From the IMG/VR virus record IMGVR_UViG_3300045988_166899: 40,002 bases of DNA. One strand, 5' to 3'. Below the pieces are notes generated by a model, which made no database searches, was not told the origin of the DNA, and worked only from the letters and a program-made list of their open reading frames with translations. This document shows, piece by piece, positions 22,634 through 32,737 of the stretch. Numbering within the stretch: position 1 is the first letter of the stretch; the number at the start of each line of letters is the position of its first letter. The stretch comes from a virus. Both the position numbers and the translations under genes were made by a program.

Positions 22634-25555
22634 TTACTCCTGCATCTGGGAAATGAGGTCGAGAAGGGAAGTACGCCCAGCCGTCATTGCCATACCCCGC
22701 CTGATGTCTTTCAACACCTTGCCAATCGCTGGAATTTCTTTTGGTTTCGCACGCCCGAGAAGTTCAAGCGCATAGTTGGGATCAAGCATGGCTTGCGTCA
22801 GGTAATCACGGACGGCACTGTCTGCACCGCCGTAAACCCATTTTTGCAGTTTCTCGCCAATAATATTTCCCGGAATGCTGGCAGCGCGGGCAATGAGGTT
22901 ATCCGTCAGAGTTTTCCCGGTCGGTCCCCCTGTGCGCCCCACATCTCCACCTAACGCGCGATCAAGAATGTGCTGTGTCGCAAGATTTTTCGCGGTTGCA
23001 CTTCCCGAGGTGGACGCCAGCCTGTCCGCCCGTTGTGCCCGAGCAAGATCCGCGCGGACGTTGGAGAGTGAGGACAAATCCTGATCATCAAATGCCCCGG
23101 AAGAGATGAGGCGATCCCGGAAGGTTCCACCCTTGCGCCAATCAAAGAGATCGCTATTGATCAAGGCATTGGCGCGGAGATCTCCCGTTTTGGAAAGGGA
23201 AATAGCCGAATCAAGGCCTTGTTCCGCCGCTTCCGTAATATTGATATTGCGGAGCATGGCATTTAGATCTTTGCGGAGCCCAGGCACCTCATCAATGGCG
23301 TTCCGGTGCGCATACATCCAATTCTTCAACCCCTGAGACGTTGCCCGCCCCTTCCCCTTGCCTACCGCAGATTCGGCAGCCTGAGAGAGAGCATACCTTT
23401 TCAAATTTTCAACGGCTTGCGGATCACGCCCTACGCCGCGCATGAACGTTTGAATATCTTCCTTGGAACCTTCACCTGCGTGAAAATATCTTTTAGGAAC
23501 AGAACTTTCTGGTCCGGAGTATGTCGCATTCAATCCCTTGTTGGGACCCTCCCTAAACGCACGGTTCATCTCACGGTTTGCGGACTTGGCTTCCCTGAAT
23601 TTTTCAGCCTGTTCTGGGGAGAGTCCGGTATGTGCGGGAAGGTTTTCCGCAAGGTACTGATCCCGCAATGTAGCTATCTGCTGTTTGCGCGTCTGGGTTT
23701 GTGGCCCGAACCTGTCCACGATCATATTGACGAATCCGGTAGCGTCACGCGGCGCATAATCCGTTTCAAATCCGCCAGCCCGTGCGGAAACCATATCAGC
23801 GCCAAGTTGAGAAGGATCGAGCGTTCCGCTCTTGCGGATCAAGTTTGGATATGCAGCTTGCACATCATCGAATGAACGGCGCCCGAACAGGCGGACAAAC
23901 TCGTCTTTATTAATGCCACGCTTTGCTATTTCGGCCATATCATCCCAAAAAGGGTCATTGCCTACCGCTTGTTCAGCGTACCGTGTCGCCTCTTTGTACA
24001 AAGGGCTACGGCTGTTGATTTGAGGGCGTTGTCCGCGCAGAGCCTCATTGTATGACATATCGTCAACGTAGCCGTCGAGAAAGCCTTTGATACGGTTAGC
24101 CATTGCCGCCTGTCGGTAATCTCCGGCCTTGGCATCATTAAATGCGGCCTCGCTGAGTGCGGAACGCCAATGATTGATTTCTGAAAAAGGGACTGCGCCT
24201 TCCGCGTCCATAGCTTCCCGCATGGCGTTTATTTGTCTTTGCGTCGCGCTGTCTGGTGAATGGACACGGTAACGCCCGAACATCTTATTGGCATATGTTT
24301 TAGCGTCATCAAGAATAGGCTGAACAAGAAAACGGGACGTCCCTTCCGGGTCAACAGACTCATAGGCCGGAGTCACGAACTGTTTTTTGAAAGCTGTTTC
24401 GCCAGCGTTTCTGGCTTCAAGAAGATCTTTTCCAACTTGCGAGGCATCCGTGGACATCGCCGTTCCGCTCAATTCAGAATCAATGCCCGCACGTAGTCCG
24501 GCTACACGAGGGTTTGCGCGGTTGTAGACGTCAGCAAGGGCTGCTTGCCTAGCCTGTTCCTGTTCGCCGTATCGGTTCGTAATTCTGCCGCCCTGCGTAT
24601 CCGTATCTTTCAGGCTGCGCTCAAGAGCGGCGATGCCGGGATCTTCGGCAATCTGGCCCAATGTCGGAGCGCTTCCGGGGACAAGTTCGGAAGCGGGAAG
24701 ACGTTCCCGTATTGCCCGTTCAATACCTTCAGGAGTGGTCGCCATGCGGCGCAGCGTAGACCCGGCAATCTTTTTCTGTCCTGCGGAGGAAAGGGCATCC
24801 AAGGCCGTAATCCCTGTTCCGATAGCGCGGCCAGCCACACGAAAAGGAGCCAAGGCCGCGCCCGGTGCAACACCGCCCGCCAGAGCCGCCGCAAACTGTC
24901 CTCCCTCTCCTGCCCCTGACTGGCGCGCAACCTCAGAAGCCAAGTTTGCCGAGGCGTCACCAGCAACTTGCAAGGCGGGTGAAGCGGTCAAATACTGCGC
25001 GATTTTTGGGGCATCTTGCGCTTCCTGCATGATTGTTTTTCTACCCCGCAACATAGCTTGGAATGTTGTGTCCTGCGGTTTTGTGATTTTTATGGAGTCA
25101 GTAAGAGTTCTTAGAGGTTTTGCCCCTTGCATCACCGCACCCGTGCCGAGCATGGGAAGCGTTCCGGCTGCGCCCTCAATAAACGCCCCGCGCATTCGTT
25201 CGGCATCCGTCTCCGGTTTCGCCAAGCCCATCCAGTCAGAAATGACGCGGCCCGGATCACCAAGGCCAAGCGTTGCGCCCTTGCCCAGTCCTTCAAGGAC
25301 ATTTCGGCTTCCAAGGCTGAAAGCGCGGCCCGGATCATGCATCCCGATAGCGTCTCTGGCGTTTTCCCAAAAGCTTTTTTCACCCTGTTGCGGCTGATCC
25401 GGCGTAGAGGCTGAACCAAGGTTCAGGGGTTCCCATCCGGAATCCCCAAGATAGAGCATATCACCCTTGTCGTTGCTAGCCGTTTGTAACTTTGTCCACT
25501 GTCCATTTTTCAGCCCGAGGACTTCTCTTGTCTGAGGATTGTATGCCGTTCTCAT
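22634..25555 (-). CDS. large virion protein (973 aa; tape-measure-like or ejection/internal protein)
   Basis: longest ORF in structural operon; Ala/Gly-rich helical segments but no clear TMP hallmarks. Confidence 0.6.
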   Translation of the reverse strand: MRTAYNPQTREVLGLKNGQWTKLQTASNDKGDMLYLGDSGWEPLNLGSASTPDQPQQGEKSFWENARDAIGMHDPGRAFSLGSRNVLEGLGKGATLGLGDPGRVISDWMGLAKPETDAERMRGAFIEGAAGTLPMLGTGAVMQGAKPLRTLTDSIKITKPQDTTFQAMLRGRKTIMQEAQDAPKIAQYLTASPALQVAGDASANLASEVARQSGAGEGGQFAAALAGGVAPGAALAPFRVAGRAIGTGITALDALSSAGQKKIAGSTLRRMATTPEGIERAIRERLPASELVPGSAPTLGQIAEDPGIAALERSLKDTDTQGGRITNRYGEQEQARQAALADVYNRANPRVAGLRAGIDSELSGTAMSTDASQVGKDLLEARNAGETAFKKQFVTPAYESVDPEGTSRFLVQPILDDAKTYANKMFGRYRVHSPDSATQRQINAMREAMDAEGAVPFSEINHWRSALSEAAFNDAKAGDYRQAAMANRIKGFLDGYVDDMSYNEALRGQRPQINSRSPLYKEATRYAEQAVGNDPFWDDMAEIAKRGINKDEFVRLFGRRSFDDVQAAYPNLIRKSGTLDPSQLGADMVSARAGGFETDYAPRDATGFVNMIVDRFGPQTQTRKQQIATLRDQYLAENLPAHTGLSPEQAEKFREAKSANREMNRAFREGPNKGLNATYSGPESSVPKRYFHAGEGSKEDIQTFMRGVGRDPQAVENLKRYALSQAAESAVGKGKGRATSQGLKNWMYAHRNAIDEVPGLRKDLNAMLRNINITEAAEQGLDSAISLSKTGDLRANALINSDLFDWRKGGTFRDRLISSGAFDDQDLSSLSNVRADLARAQRADRLASTSGSATAKNLATQHILDRALGGDVGRTGGPTGKTLTDNLIARAASIPGNIIGEKLQKWVYGGADSAVRDYLTQAMLDPNYALELLGRAKPKEIPAIGKVLKDIRRGMAMTAGRTSLLDLISQMQE

Positions 25556-25566
25556 TGCAGTACCAC

Positions 25567-26820
25567 CTAGTTGTTAAGCACAAATCCGGCGGGAAGTTCA
25601 GGGACAGCAGGAGTTTTTTCACGTTTACCTCCTACAGCTCCTCGGACAGACACGTTTCCATTCAACGCAGGTTTAGCATTAGGAAACTCTACTTGAATAT
25701 CAGGCTTGCGGGCTGAAGAAGGAAGTTTGCTCCCCATCATATCCAAACTGCTTGAGAACAAAGCATTCAGGCGAGTTATCTTGTCTTTGGCCACTTCTTC
25801 ACTGTCCCACGGCCTTGGCATGTACATATCACGATAGCTATTTAGCTCTTCTTTTGTGATAGCTGCGCCAGTCATTGCTCGGAGCCAAGCTTCAAGGGCT
25901 TGAGTAGCCTGCTTATCGTATTGTGCGGCATCAGTGCCTGGAATCATTGACGCCAACGCAGTAGACCGCTTGAAATTTCCATTTTCATCAAAAAGGCCAC
26001 TTACAACGTTTTCAAGCTGTTGTTGGGCTTGCAGTACACCTGCGGCTTTTGTGGCCTGATCAAAAGGAAGTCCTGTATTGACATTGACAGAAGATGCTCC
26101 TTTCTTCCTATAGTCCATCAACTCCTGGACGGTAGGATTCCTTCCAAGGATGATCGCAAGATTTGCAGCATCTCCACTAAGCTCAGGCTCTCCCTCATAC
26201 GCTACATCAACGGTTCCATCAGGTTTTGTCCTGAGCAGGCGGTTACCAACTTTTTCATATTTAGGCCCTAGCTTGCTTGCCAGTTCAGCCCGTTTCATCT
26301 CCATGTCCATCTGTTGCTTACGCCGCACGTCCTGCGCCTGCTGCATCTGCCCGAGCCCCTGAATCATCCCAAGGCCCCCGGCACCGACCAACTCCCCAAG
26401 GCCCGGGGTGCGTCCGTTTCTGGGCCTGTTCGCGCTCAAAATGGACAGTCCAGCTAGGAGTGCCGCGCTTCCGGGGTCTTTCATGACCTGATCCCGGATG
26501 GAGGAGTATTCCCGCTCCTGTTCTTCAAAAGAGGGCTCACGCTTGCCGCCAAAGAACGATCCCGGAGCCGAGGCTGAAGTCGTGGAAGGGGTCCCGCCCT
26601 GTTGTGACTGCCCCTGTTTCTCTTGCTGTCCGTCAGTCCCCAATAGGCTGAGAAGGCCGCCAGTTTGTGCCAAATTCGGATTGCTTCCGAAAAACGATCC
26701 TGTAGGTTGCTGTGGCGCCTGAAAGCTCCCCGCTGTCGGCTGTTGCTGGTTCTGCTGTGCAAAAAGGATGTCCGCCGGAGTGAACCCCTGACCGAAATAG
26801 CCGCTTCCGAAAAATGCCAT
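25567..26820 (-). CDS. Gln-rich hypothetical virion protein
   Basis: 417 aa. Confidence 0.55.
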   Translation of the reverse strand: MAFFGSGYFGQGFTPADILFAQQNQQQPTAGSFQAPQQPTGSFFGSNPNLAQTGGLLSLLGTDGQQEKQGQSQQGGTPSTTSASAPGSFFGGKREPSFEEQEREYSSIRDQVMKDPGSAALLAGLSILSANRPRNGRTPGLGELVGAGGLGMIQGLGQMQQAQDVRRKQQMDMEMKRAELASKLGPKYEKVGNRLLRTKPDGTVDVAYEGEPELSGDAANLAIILGRNPTVQELMDYRKKGASSVNVNTGLPFDQATKAAGVLQAQQQLENVVSGLFDENGNFKRSTALASMIPGTDAAQYDKQATQALEAWLRAMTGAAITKEELNSYRDMYMPRPWDSEEVAKDKITRLNALFSSSLDMMGSKLPSSARKPDIQVEFPNAKPALNGNVSVRGAVGGKREKTPAVPELPAGFVLNN

Positions 26821-26828
26821 ACGTCACC

Positions 26829-27797
26829 TCACAAGAGACCGAGAAGGCCGCCAATTCCTGACGCAGCAGCAATCCACGGGTTGCTTGCCCCCAACAATGA
26901 AGCTATACCGCCTCCCGCGAGAGCGCCTCCAGCAACATTACCCAGCGTGTTGCTCCCTCCGGATTGCTTCCCGGTGCTGGTACTGGTGCCGCCGTAGTTC
27001 CCCTGAATCAGCTGGTTGTAAGCGCTCAATGCACTCAATGGGCGCTGCGCGTTGTAATTGTACCGATCAATATCCGCATTGATCTTTTGCTGGTTGTAGT
27101 CGTCCATGATTCCGCCAGCCTGAGACAAGGCCGAAGCGTCAGTATAGGCTTGGTTCCCTAGCTGTTGCGCAACATTGGACCCAAGAATCTGTTGTCCAAT
27201 ACCCTGATTGTAGAGTTGCCCCGCTCCCTGTGCTGCGGAAAGACGACGGTTCTGATCTGATTCATAGGCCCCGCCGTAAAGCTGTGTCGCTAGGTTATTT
27301 GCGGCATCTGCGGATGCGGCCTCATGTGCTCCAGATCCATACCTGCCCGCTCCGCTAAAATTGGCGTTCAGAGAGGCTTGCGCCTGATTGTTCGCCCTGT
27401 TGTACATAGCATCAAGGTATGGGTTCGAGTCGGAAGAAGACGCCATCTGATTAAGCGTCTGTAATCCCTGATTGCCCGTGATACCCGATCCGCCCATGAT
27501 ACCTTGAATCGCATCCGTCGCGGAGTTGATAACCCCTGATCCATTCTGTGCCCTGTCCGCCTGCATCTGGAGCGCCTGTTGCGTCCACGGCGACTGATCG
27601 GCAACCGTCTGCCCCGGATAGTATTCAGGTGCAAGCTGACCGTTTTGATAAAGTTTGTTTGCTTCATAAAAAGTGCCAGCAATCGGAACGCCATTTATAT
27701 GTATCCCGCCGACTAAATAGGGTTGCTGACCTTCCCAAGGATCGGCCTTCTGCACTGTCGTGGTGGAACCACCACTGCTACCTTTTCCACCGCCCAT
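26829..27797 (-). CDS. Gly/Gln/Asn-rich hypothetical virion protein
   Basis: 322 aa low-complexity. Confidence 0.55.
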   Translation of the reverse strand: MGGGKGSSGGSTTTVQKADPWEGQQPYLVGGIHINGVPIAGTFYEANKLYQNGQLAPEYYPGQTVADQSPWTQQALQMQADRAQNGSGVINSATDAIQGIMGGSGITGNQGLQTLNQMASSSDSNPYLDAMYNRANNQAQASLNANFSGAGRYGSGAHEAASADAANNLATQLYGGAYESDQNRRLSAAQGAGQLYNQGIGQQILGSNVAQQLGNQAYTDASALSQAGGIMDDYNQQKINADIDRYNYNAQRPLSALSAYNQLIQGNYGGTSTSTGKQSGGSNTLGNVAGGALAGGGIASLLGASNPWIAAASGIGGLLGLL

Positions 27798-27806
27798 ATC
27801 TTTCTC

Positions 27807-28361
27807 CTATACCTTGCACCATTCCATAGGTACGGTTTCGCGAGTGTAATATGTTGCTATTCCATCTTCATTTTTTCCGGATTCATTGAAAAAACACGCG
27901 CCTGGGATAATGCCAGCAGGTTGAGCCCCAAGCCTGTCGATAAAACGTACCGCCGAACGGTTGCAAAGTGGAGTCAGCCCGAGAAGACGATCAAGTAAAA
28001 AGTCCTGCCCGTCATGCGCCCATAGCGCCGTCCCAAGGCAATATCTCCCAAATCCAAGCTGTACGGGGATCTTTTCTGCAGTGCGTTTTGCTTTCGTCGG
28101 AAGCTGGCCAAAATGGCAGTACGCCGTCTTTCCCTCATGCCCAGTAAGCCAGAAAATCCCCGCAATCTCATCCCGGAACAGGATCACCCACAAGTGCACG
28201 TCTTCGTCCCGACAGAACCGGGCAAAATCTTTTCCGTCCATTGGTGGCTTATTATAGAAAATATGCTGATCGCGGTCACATTCTACGAACCGTTCCCAGA
28301 CCGATCCTAATTGCACATCGGAAAGCTCCGTCTTGTAGACGCGGGAAAATTCACCCATCAT
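27807..28361 (-). CDS. hypothetical protein (possible enzymatic fold, unassigned)
   Basis: 184 aa. Confidence 0.5.
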   Translation of the reverse strand: MMGEFSRVYKTELSDVQLGSVWERFVECDRDQHIFYNKPPMDGKDFARFCRDEDVHLWVILFRDEIAGIFWLTGHEGKTAYCHFGQLPTKAKRTAEKIPVQLGFGRYCLGTALWAHDGQDFLLDRLLGLTPLCNRSAVRFIDRLGAQPAGIIPGACFFNESGKNEDGIATYYTRETVPMEWCKV

Positions 28362-28786
28362 GCGCCCCCAAGAAGGTTTTTAAAATAGTCCGCCATCCCG
28401 CTTCCCTGCGTTCCGTTCATAAACGACATTCCGCCAAGGTTGTTGGGAGATTGCCCTGCAGGAACCCCGCCGAATTGAACCCCGTTCTCCAGATTGGGCA
28501 GTGCGGATATGGCCTTGTTTGCATCAAAGCTGAAATCACTCTGCCCGGCAGGATTCCCTTGCATGTTTTTGAGCATCCCAAGCAAGCCGCCTATTTGTGT
28601 AGGATCCATGGCTCCATTGTCCTGCATCGGCATAGGGGAAGCGTTGGGGATAGCCCCTCCTGCCCCTTGGGAAGGTGATACTTGAGCCATAGGAGAACCA
28701 AACTGAAGCTGAGGTCCGATACTGCGCTGATACATAGATTTATCCTTGTTTGATTTGCCCGCCCGCGCCGAGAAGCGCCCACCCAA
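28358..28786 (-). CDS. Gly/Gln-rich hypothetical virion protein
   Basis: 142 aa. Confidence 0.45.
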   Translation of the reverse strand: MGGRFSARAGKSNKDKSMYQRSIGPQLQFGSPMAQVSPSQGAGGAIPNASPMPMQDNGAMDPTQIGGLLGMLKNMQGNPAGQSDFSFDANKAISALPNLENGVQFGGVPAGQSPNNLGGMSFMNGTQGSGMADYFKNLLGGA

Positions 28787-29072
28787 AACGGCAAGCCCCC
28801 GGAGCGGAGGAAAAAGTGAATGTCATTTCACCATTGAGCATGGATGAGAGCCACCACGACACGGCGGAAGCCTTGGCGTCGAGAGGAACAAGGGACGCCA
28901 GCTTCCCCGCCCCACAGCGGGCATCTCGAACCGTGACCACTGTCTCTCCTTCCATTACGTCTACTACGCCAGTTGTGTACGTTTCCCCGCGCAGGGCCTC
29001 GTTTGCTGTCTGTGCAATTTCAATGATATGGAGCGGCGTTGACTCTCCTGTAACCGTGCAAAATGCCATCAT
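28740..29072 (-). CDS. hypothetical protein
   Basis: 110 aa; 47-nt overlap with next ORF. Confidence 0.35.
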   Translation of the reverse strand: MMAFCTVTGESTPLHIIEIAQTANEALRGETYTTGVVDVMEGETVVTVRDARCGAGKLASLVPLDAKASAVSWWLSSMLNGEMTFTFSSAPGACRFGWALLGAGGQIKQG

Positions 29073-30532
29073 ATACCCCCTTCAAGTTCCGCCATGACCT
29101 CACAGCCAACAGCAGACAGCCAGTGCTTTCCGGAAGGGATACGGACCCGCGCACGAATATAGTTTGCAGAAAGATGTTGGTAGCAGACCCCATCTCTGGA
29201 CTGCCTGCTATATGTTCCAAAGCTTGGTATATCCCTTTGAAGAATGCGCCATACCGGGGCGGCTTCGGCGTCACCCCGGTCAACAAGCGGGCGTATGCCG
29301 TGCATGAACACCCTTTGCCCGCCGACTTCCGCCGTATCAATGACGGCTTCGAGGGCATCTCCAGAGAAGCGGGACAGCGTATGCTCCATGTCAAAGGCTG
29401 ATATGCCGAGGCTTCTGTTCTTCAACCCCGAAGAATCCAGAGAGAACGGCACATCTTCAAGGCTTCCGTATACGTCAAGATCTTCAAGCGTCATGCCACG
29501 CGCATAGTCTTCAAAAAGGAATTCCGTGTTCAGCTTCGCATATGACCATTTGTCGACGATATAGTTGTAGATGAGAAGCCTATTGTGGATATTATGCGGG
29601 CACCCGTTGTCCGGGAAAGACCAGAATGCCACGCGGTTTTGCGCGTCCCATACTCCGCGGACTTCTTCAACCCTGTCCATATCGCAAGTATCGAAAAACC
29701 ACTGGTCGATGCGTTCTGCACCTATGGCTCTCACACTTGCGCCGTCTGTAGCGTACCAGCCATCAGAAGCCAGATAAATGCATGTTGTTTCGCACACGAT
29801 AGGAGAATGGGAAGCGAGTGCGCCTCTCCGTCTGTCCACAACATTGAACTGGAAGACATAGGGAGGGCCTACAAACGTAGCCCGATGAACAGCTTCTTCC
29901 ATGAAAATCAACCCGTCTACACCGCCAACGCCGCCTACAATGGCCTGTACATTCCCGCCTACCGGGAAAATTTGGATGTCCGATTGCTTGTACTGAGCGT
30001 CATTGCTCCCCGGTGCAGGCCATGCATCGGGATCGTCAATGCCTGACCACCGGATTGCGTTTCCCTGACCCGACAGTTTGCCGAGCACAAGAAAATCCTT
30101 GATAATTCCGAGCCTAGCGGCAGCCGGAGCATCTTTGACGGCAGAAAAATCCTGCACAGCCCCGGAAACTTCCGCTTTCAGCAAAATCGTCCCGTACAGC
30201 GCATAGATAACGTCCCCGTAGCTCACAAACTCCCGATTTGAAGACAATGCCGCCCCCGAGTATTTTTGCGCCCATTCCGCGCCGTCGAGCGAAAAAATCC
30301 CATGCTCAGTACTCGCCACGGTAATCAGCCCACCCGAAAGATCTTTCATGCTAAATGCGCCAAGTACGCTTGAAGAAAGCGCAGGTTTCGCCATCTTCGC
30401 CAACCCCGGCATACAGCGATAGCCGCGCTTCCCCGGAATGACGTTCTGGGCGTCGAGCGCCTGTTGTCCGCCGTACGCGGGCTGATCTGGCTCCCATGCG
30501 GCAAATTCGATCGTTGTCATGTTTATGGCCAT
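29069..30532 (-). CDS. putative tail/adaptor structural protein
   Basis: 487 aa in structural operon. Confidence 0.55.
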   Translation of the reverse strand: MAINMTTIEFAAWEPDQPAYGGQQALDAQNVIPGKRGYRCMPGLAKMAKPALSSSVLGAFSMKDLSGGLITVASTEHGIFSLDGAEWAQKYSGAALSSNREFVSYGDVIYALYGTILLKAEVSGAVQDFSAVKDAPAAARLGIIKDFLVLGKLSGQGNAIRWSGIDDPDAWPAPGSNDAQYKQSDIQIFPVGGNVQAIVGGVGGVDGLIFMEEAVHRATFVGPPYVFQFNVVDRRRGALASHSPIVCETTCIYLASDGWYATDGASVRAIGAERIDQWFFDTCDMDRVEEVRGVWDAQNRVAFWSFPDNGCPHNIHNRLLIYNYIVDKWSYAKLNTEFLFEDYARGMTLEDLDVYGSLEDVPFSLDSSGLKNRSLGISAFDMEHTLSRFSGDALEAVIDTAEVGGQRVFMHGIRPLVDRGDAEAAPVWRILQRDIPSFGTYSRQSRDGVCYQHLSANYIRARVRIPSGKHWLSAVGCEVMAELEGGI

Positions 30533-31203
30533 TGTACGATCCCCCGCCAGTTAGCAGGATGCGTTCCAGAAATAGGGCCCCACCCCCGCGCCGTATCATC
30601 ATGAAGAATTTTCCAGTCTCCTGTTATCTGTGCCTCTTCGTTCCAGTTATGCCCTTTGATCGAAGGGATTGCAGTTTCGAAAGTATGTGCAGTAATTTCT
30701 CCGGAAGTACATCTTTCTCGCAATACCAGAAGACTGTTTTCACTCGAAACAGCATAAACAGGAGCCGTGAGAAGTCGAACTCTACGCGGCCCCTCCGTCT
30801 CCGTAGCCTGAGCATAGGCTGAACCGGAAACGGGTCGGATGCGGAAAACCATTCCTCCATCATCAGATGCTGCGGAGTCCTTCCCAGAAAGACTGAGCCC
30901 GCGAACAAGTGAGGCATGTTCTGAAGATACAGCCCTTGTTTCTCCTTTGGGTAAAACAGTGGCGGAAATAAAACCAAATCCGCTTGTCGCTACCGTTGCC
31001 GCACCGGAAAATAGGCGTATGCGCTTGGAAAGCATCACGCCCTGTGTCGTCCTTGCCGCTTCCGTTCCCCGAATTCCATACACACCGATTGTCAGCCAGC
31101 GTGGATCATCAAGCGACCACAGCAGGGAATCAATATCGCCCCATTCACCAGTAGATTCGAGCGTTTGGGGAGGCGGCGAAAGGGCATAGAACGATGACGA
31201 CAT
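30523..31203 (-). CDS. hypothetical structural protein
   Basis: 226 aa. Confidence 0.5.
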   Translation of the reverse strand: MSSSFYALSPPPQTLESTGEWGDIDSLLWSLDDPRWLTIGVYGIRGTEAARTTQGVMLSKRIRLFSGAATVATSGFGFISATVLPKGETRAVSSEHASLVRGLSLSGKDSAASDDGGMVFRIRPVSGSAYAQATETEGPRRVRLLTAPVYAVSSENSLLVLRERCTSGEITAHTFETAIPSIKGHNWNEEAQITGDWKILHDDTARGWGPISGTHPANWRGIVQWP

Positions 31204-31210
31204 ATTGAAC

Positions 31211-31579
31211 TCAGTCTATGTTTAAGGCAATGCTTCCGGCTTCAAATCGTACAATATCACTAGGGGATATTTCTTTCGGATTTGTAATATCCCCATACCA
31301 GATCATGTTCCCCCCGCTTGCGGCAGTGAACAACGCCCATGCAACGATGGTTCCCCACAACGCCGTAGCAACGGGGAACTCAATAGCCGATGCGCTTTTG
31401 AGGCTTCCACCTGATGGCGTGCCGAACGTTATAACCTGCCGCGCGTACGCCCCGCCGGAAACTTCATTTCCTCCACCGGCTTCTCCCGGAATGGATGTGA
31501 ATAGCCCCAAATAGTATGTTCCGCCCGACTTGAAGGCGTTCAGCATCCAGTTTTCTCCGTAGTCTGTCAGGCTCATCAT
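31211..31579 (-). CDS. hypothetical structural protein
   Basis: 122 aa. Confidence 0.5.
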   Translation of the reverse strand: MMSLTDYGENWMLNAFKSGGTYYLGLFTSIPGEAGGGNEVSGGAYARQVITFGTPSGGSLKSASAIEFPVATALWGTIVAWALFTAASGGNMIWYGDITNPKEISPSDIVRFEAGSIALNID

Positions 31580-32217
31580 ATCCTCCGAATCGGCGCCATA
31601 GCGACGTTTGACGTGAAGCGCGCCCGCTGTTCCTGTTCCTCAACCTTCTGTTTGGCCGCCGAATAGTATTGCGTCCACATCTCGACCGGAGCGGAACCCC
31701 GCGTATACGGGCCTGCTTCAACGAGGGCAGCGTACAAGTAGAGATCTGGGCAGGTAATCAACACTTCATTATCAGGCTGTTCGGCAGAGAGTGGCGGGAT
31801 CTCAGCGTAGTAGGTCAGTATCAGCTTACCGTCAGCATCGGCAGCCGGAACAAGGAACAGGTCCCGCCCGATGATCGTGTACTGTCGGGGAAGCCCGCGC
31901 ACCACCGATTTGACCGCGTACAAATCAGGCGGCATGTACGTGAGGTTGACCGGGGGATTGGACATCCACACAAGATCCCGCATTTCCATGAACACGTCCC
32001 AATCCCCGGCTTTCCTCTTCCATGGGAGGGGGACAGCCGTTTGTCCGGCCTGCACTTCAGTTGTGGCCCTGCGTTCCATGACGCGCATCCGAACCTCACG
32101 ATTCAGCCTGAGTTCAGCAAGCTGGATAAACAGCGGGATCTTGTCGTCCAGATCTCCGCGCCCGAGATACTCTCTCACGGCTTCTTTCAGCCCGTCATAG
32201 GAACGTAGATCCATCAC
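31576..32217 (-). CDS. hypothetical structural protein (head-tail region)
   Basis: 213 aa. Confidence 0.5.
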   Translation of the reverse strand: MMDLRSYDGLKEAVREYLGRGDLDDKIPLFIQLAELRLNREVRMRVMERRATTEVQAGQTAVPLPWKRKAGDWDVFMEMRDLVWMSNPPVNLTYMPPDLYAVKSVVRGLPRQYTIIGRDLFLVPAADADGKLILTYYAEIPPLSAEQPDNEVLITCPDLYLYAALVEAGPYTRGSAPVEMWTQYYSAAKQKVEEQEQRARFTSNVAMAPIRRI

Positions 32218-32570
32218 ACCCTCTCCAAGGTCGTGCGAAACGCCCGGTTTTCGGGGTCGTTCAGGAAGTGCCGCATAGCCTCAGGATCGCCGAGCAGATC
32301 AAGCCCCTGTGCCGCAGCAATATCAACGGCGGCTACCGGGATGCTGGCAACCTTGCGGAACGTGGGGGCGATGCGGAACCCGTGGAGCCTGTCGCCATTC
32401 CTCTCCGCCGCGTTCAATTCGAGAATGTCCGTGACTTCTTGTTCCCTCGTGATAATGTGTCCACCATGAAAACGGTCGACGACACCATCATTACGCCATT
32501 CGAGGACGTCCCCATTCCCCACCCGTTCAGTCAGATTCACTGCCATCGGAACCCCGTACAATTTCGGCAA
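32214..32570 (-). CDS. hypothetical structural protein
   Basis: 118 aa. Confidence 0.5.
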   Translation of the reverse strand: MPKLYGVPMAVNLTERVGNGDVLEWRNDGVVDRFHGGHIITREQEVTDILELNAAERNGDRLHGFRIAPTFRKVASIPVAAVDIAAAQGLDLLGDPEAMRHFLNDPENRAFRTTLERV

Positions 32571-32703
32571 AGCCTTTTTCTATGAAAGGCATGGCCTCTT
32601 TCTCCGGCATCTTGAGTTCTTCCCCTCGGTTACGGGGGAAACCGTCAAACCAAGGCTGACGGTCGGTTGTGATGCGGATCGTGATATGCTTCTGTCTTGC
32701 CAT
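32527..32703 (-). CDS. small hypothetical protein downstream of capsid gene
   Basis: 58 aa from MARQKHITIRITT; AGGGG SD. Confidence 0.35.
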   Translation of the reverse strand: MARQKHITIRITTDRQPWFDGFPRNRGEELKMPEKEAMPFIEKGFAEIVRGSDGSESD

Positions 32704-32737
32704 AGTTACCCCTGAGCGGGGTTTCCCCCGCCGCTCA

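Noticed and set aside
22634-25555. Calling the 973-aa protein a tape measure protein outright
   Set aside because: No upstream chaperone pair or frameshift and no obvious TM or extended heptad regions, so it is left as large virion protein.
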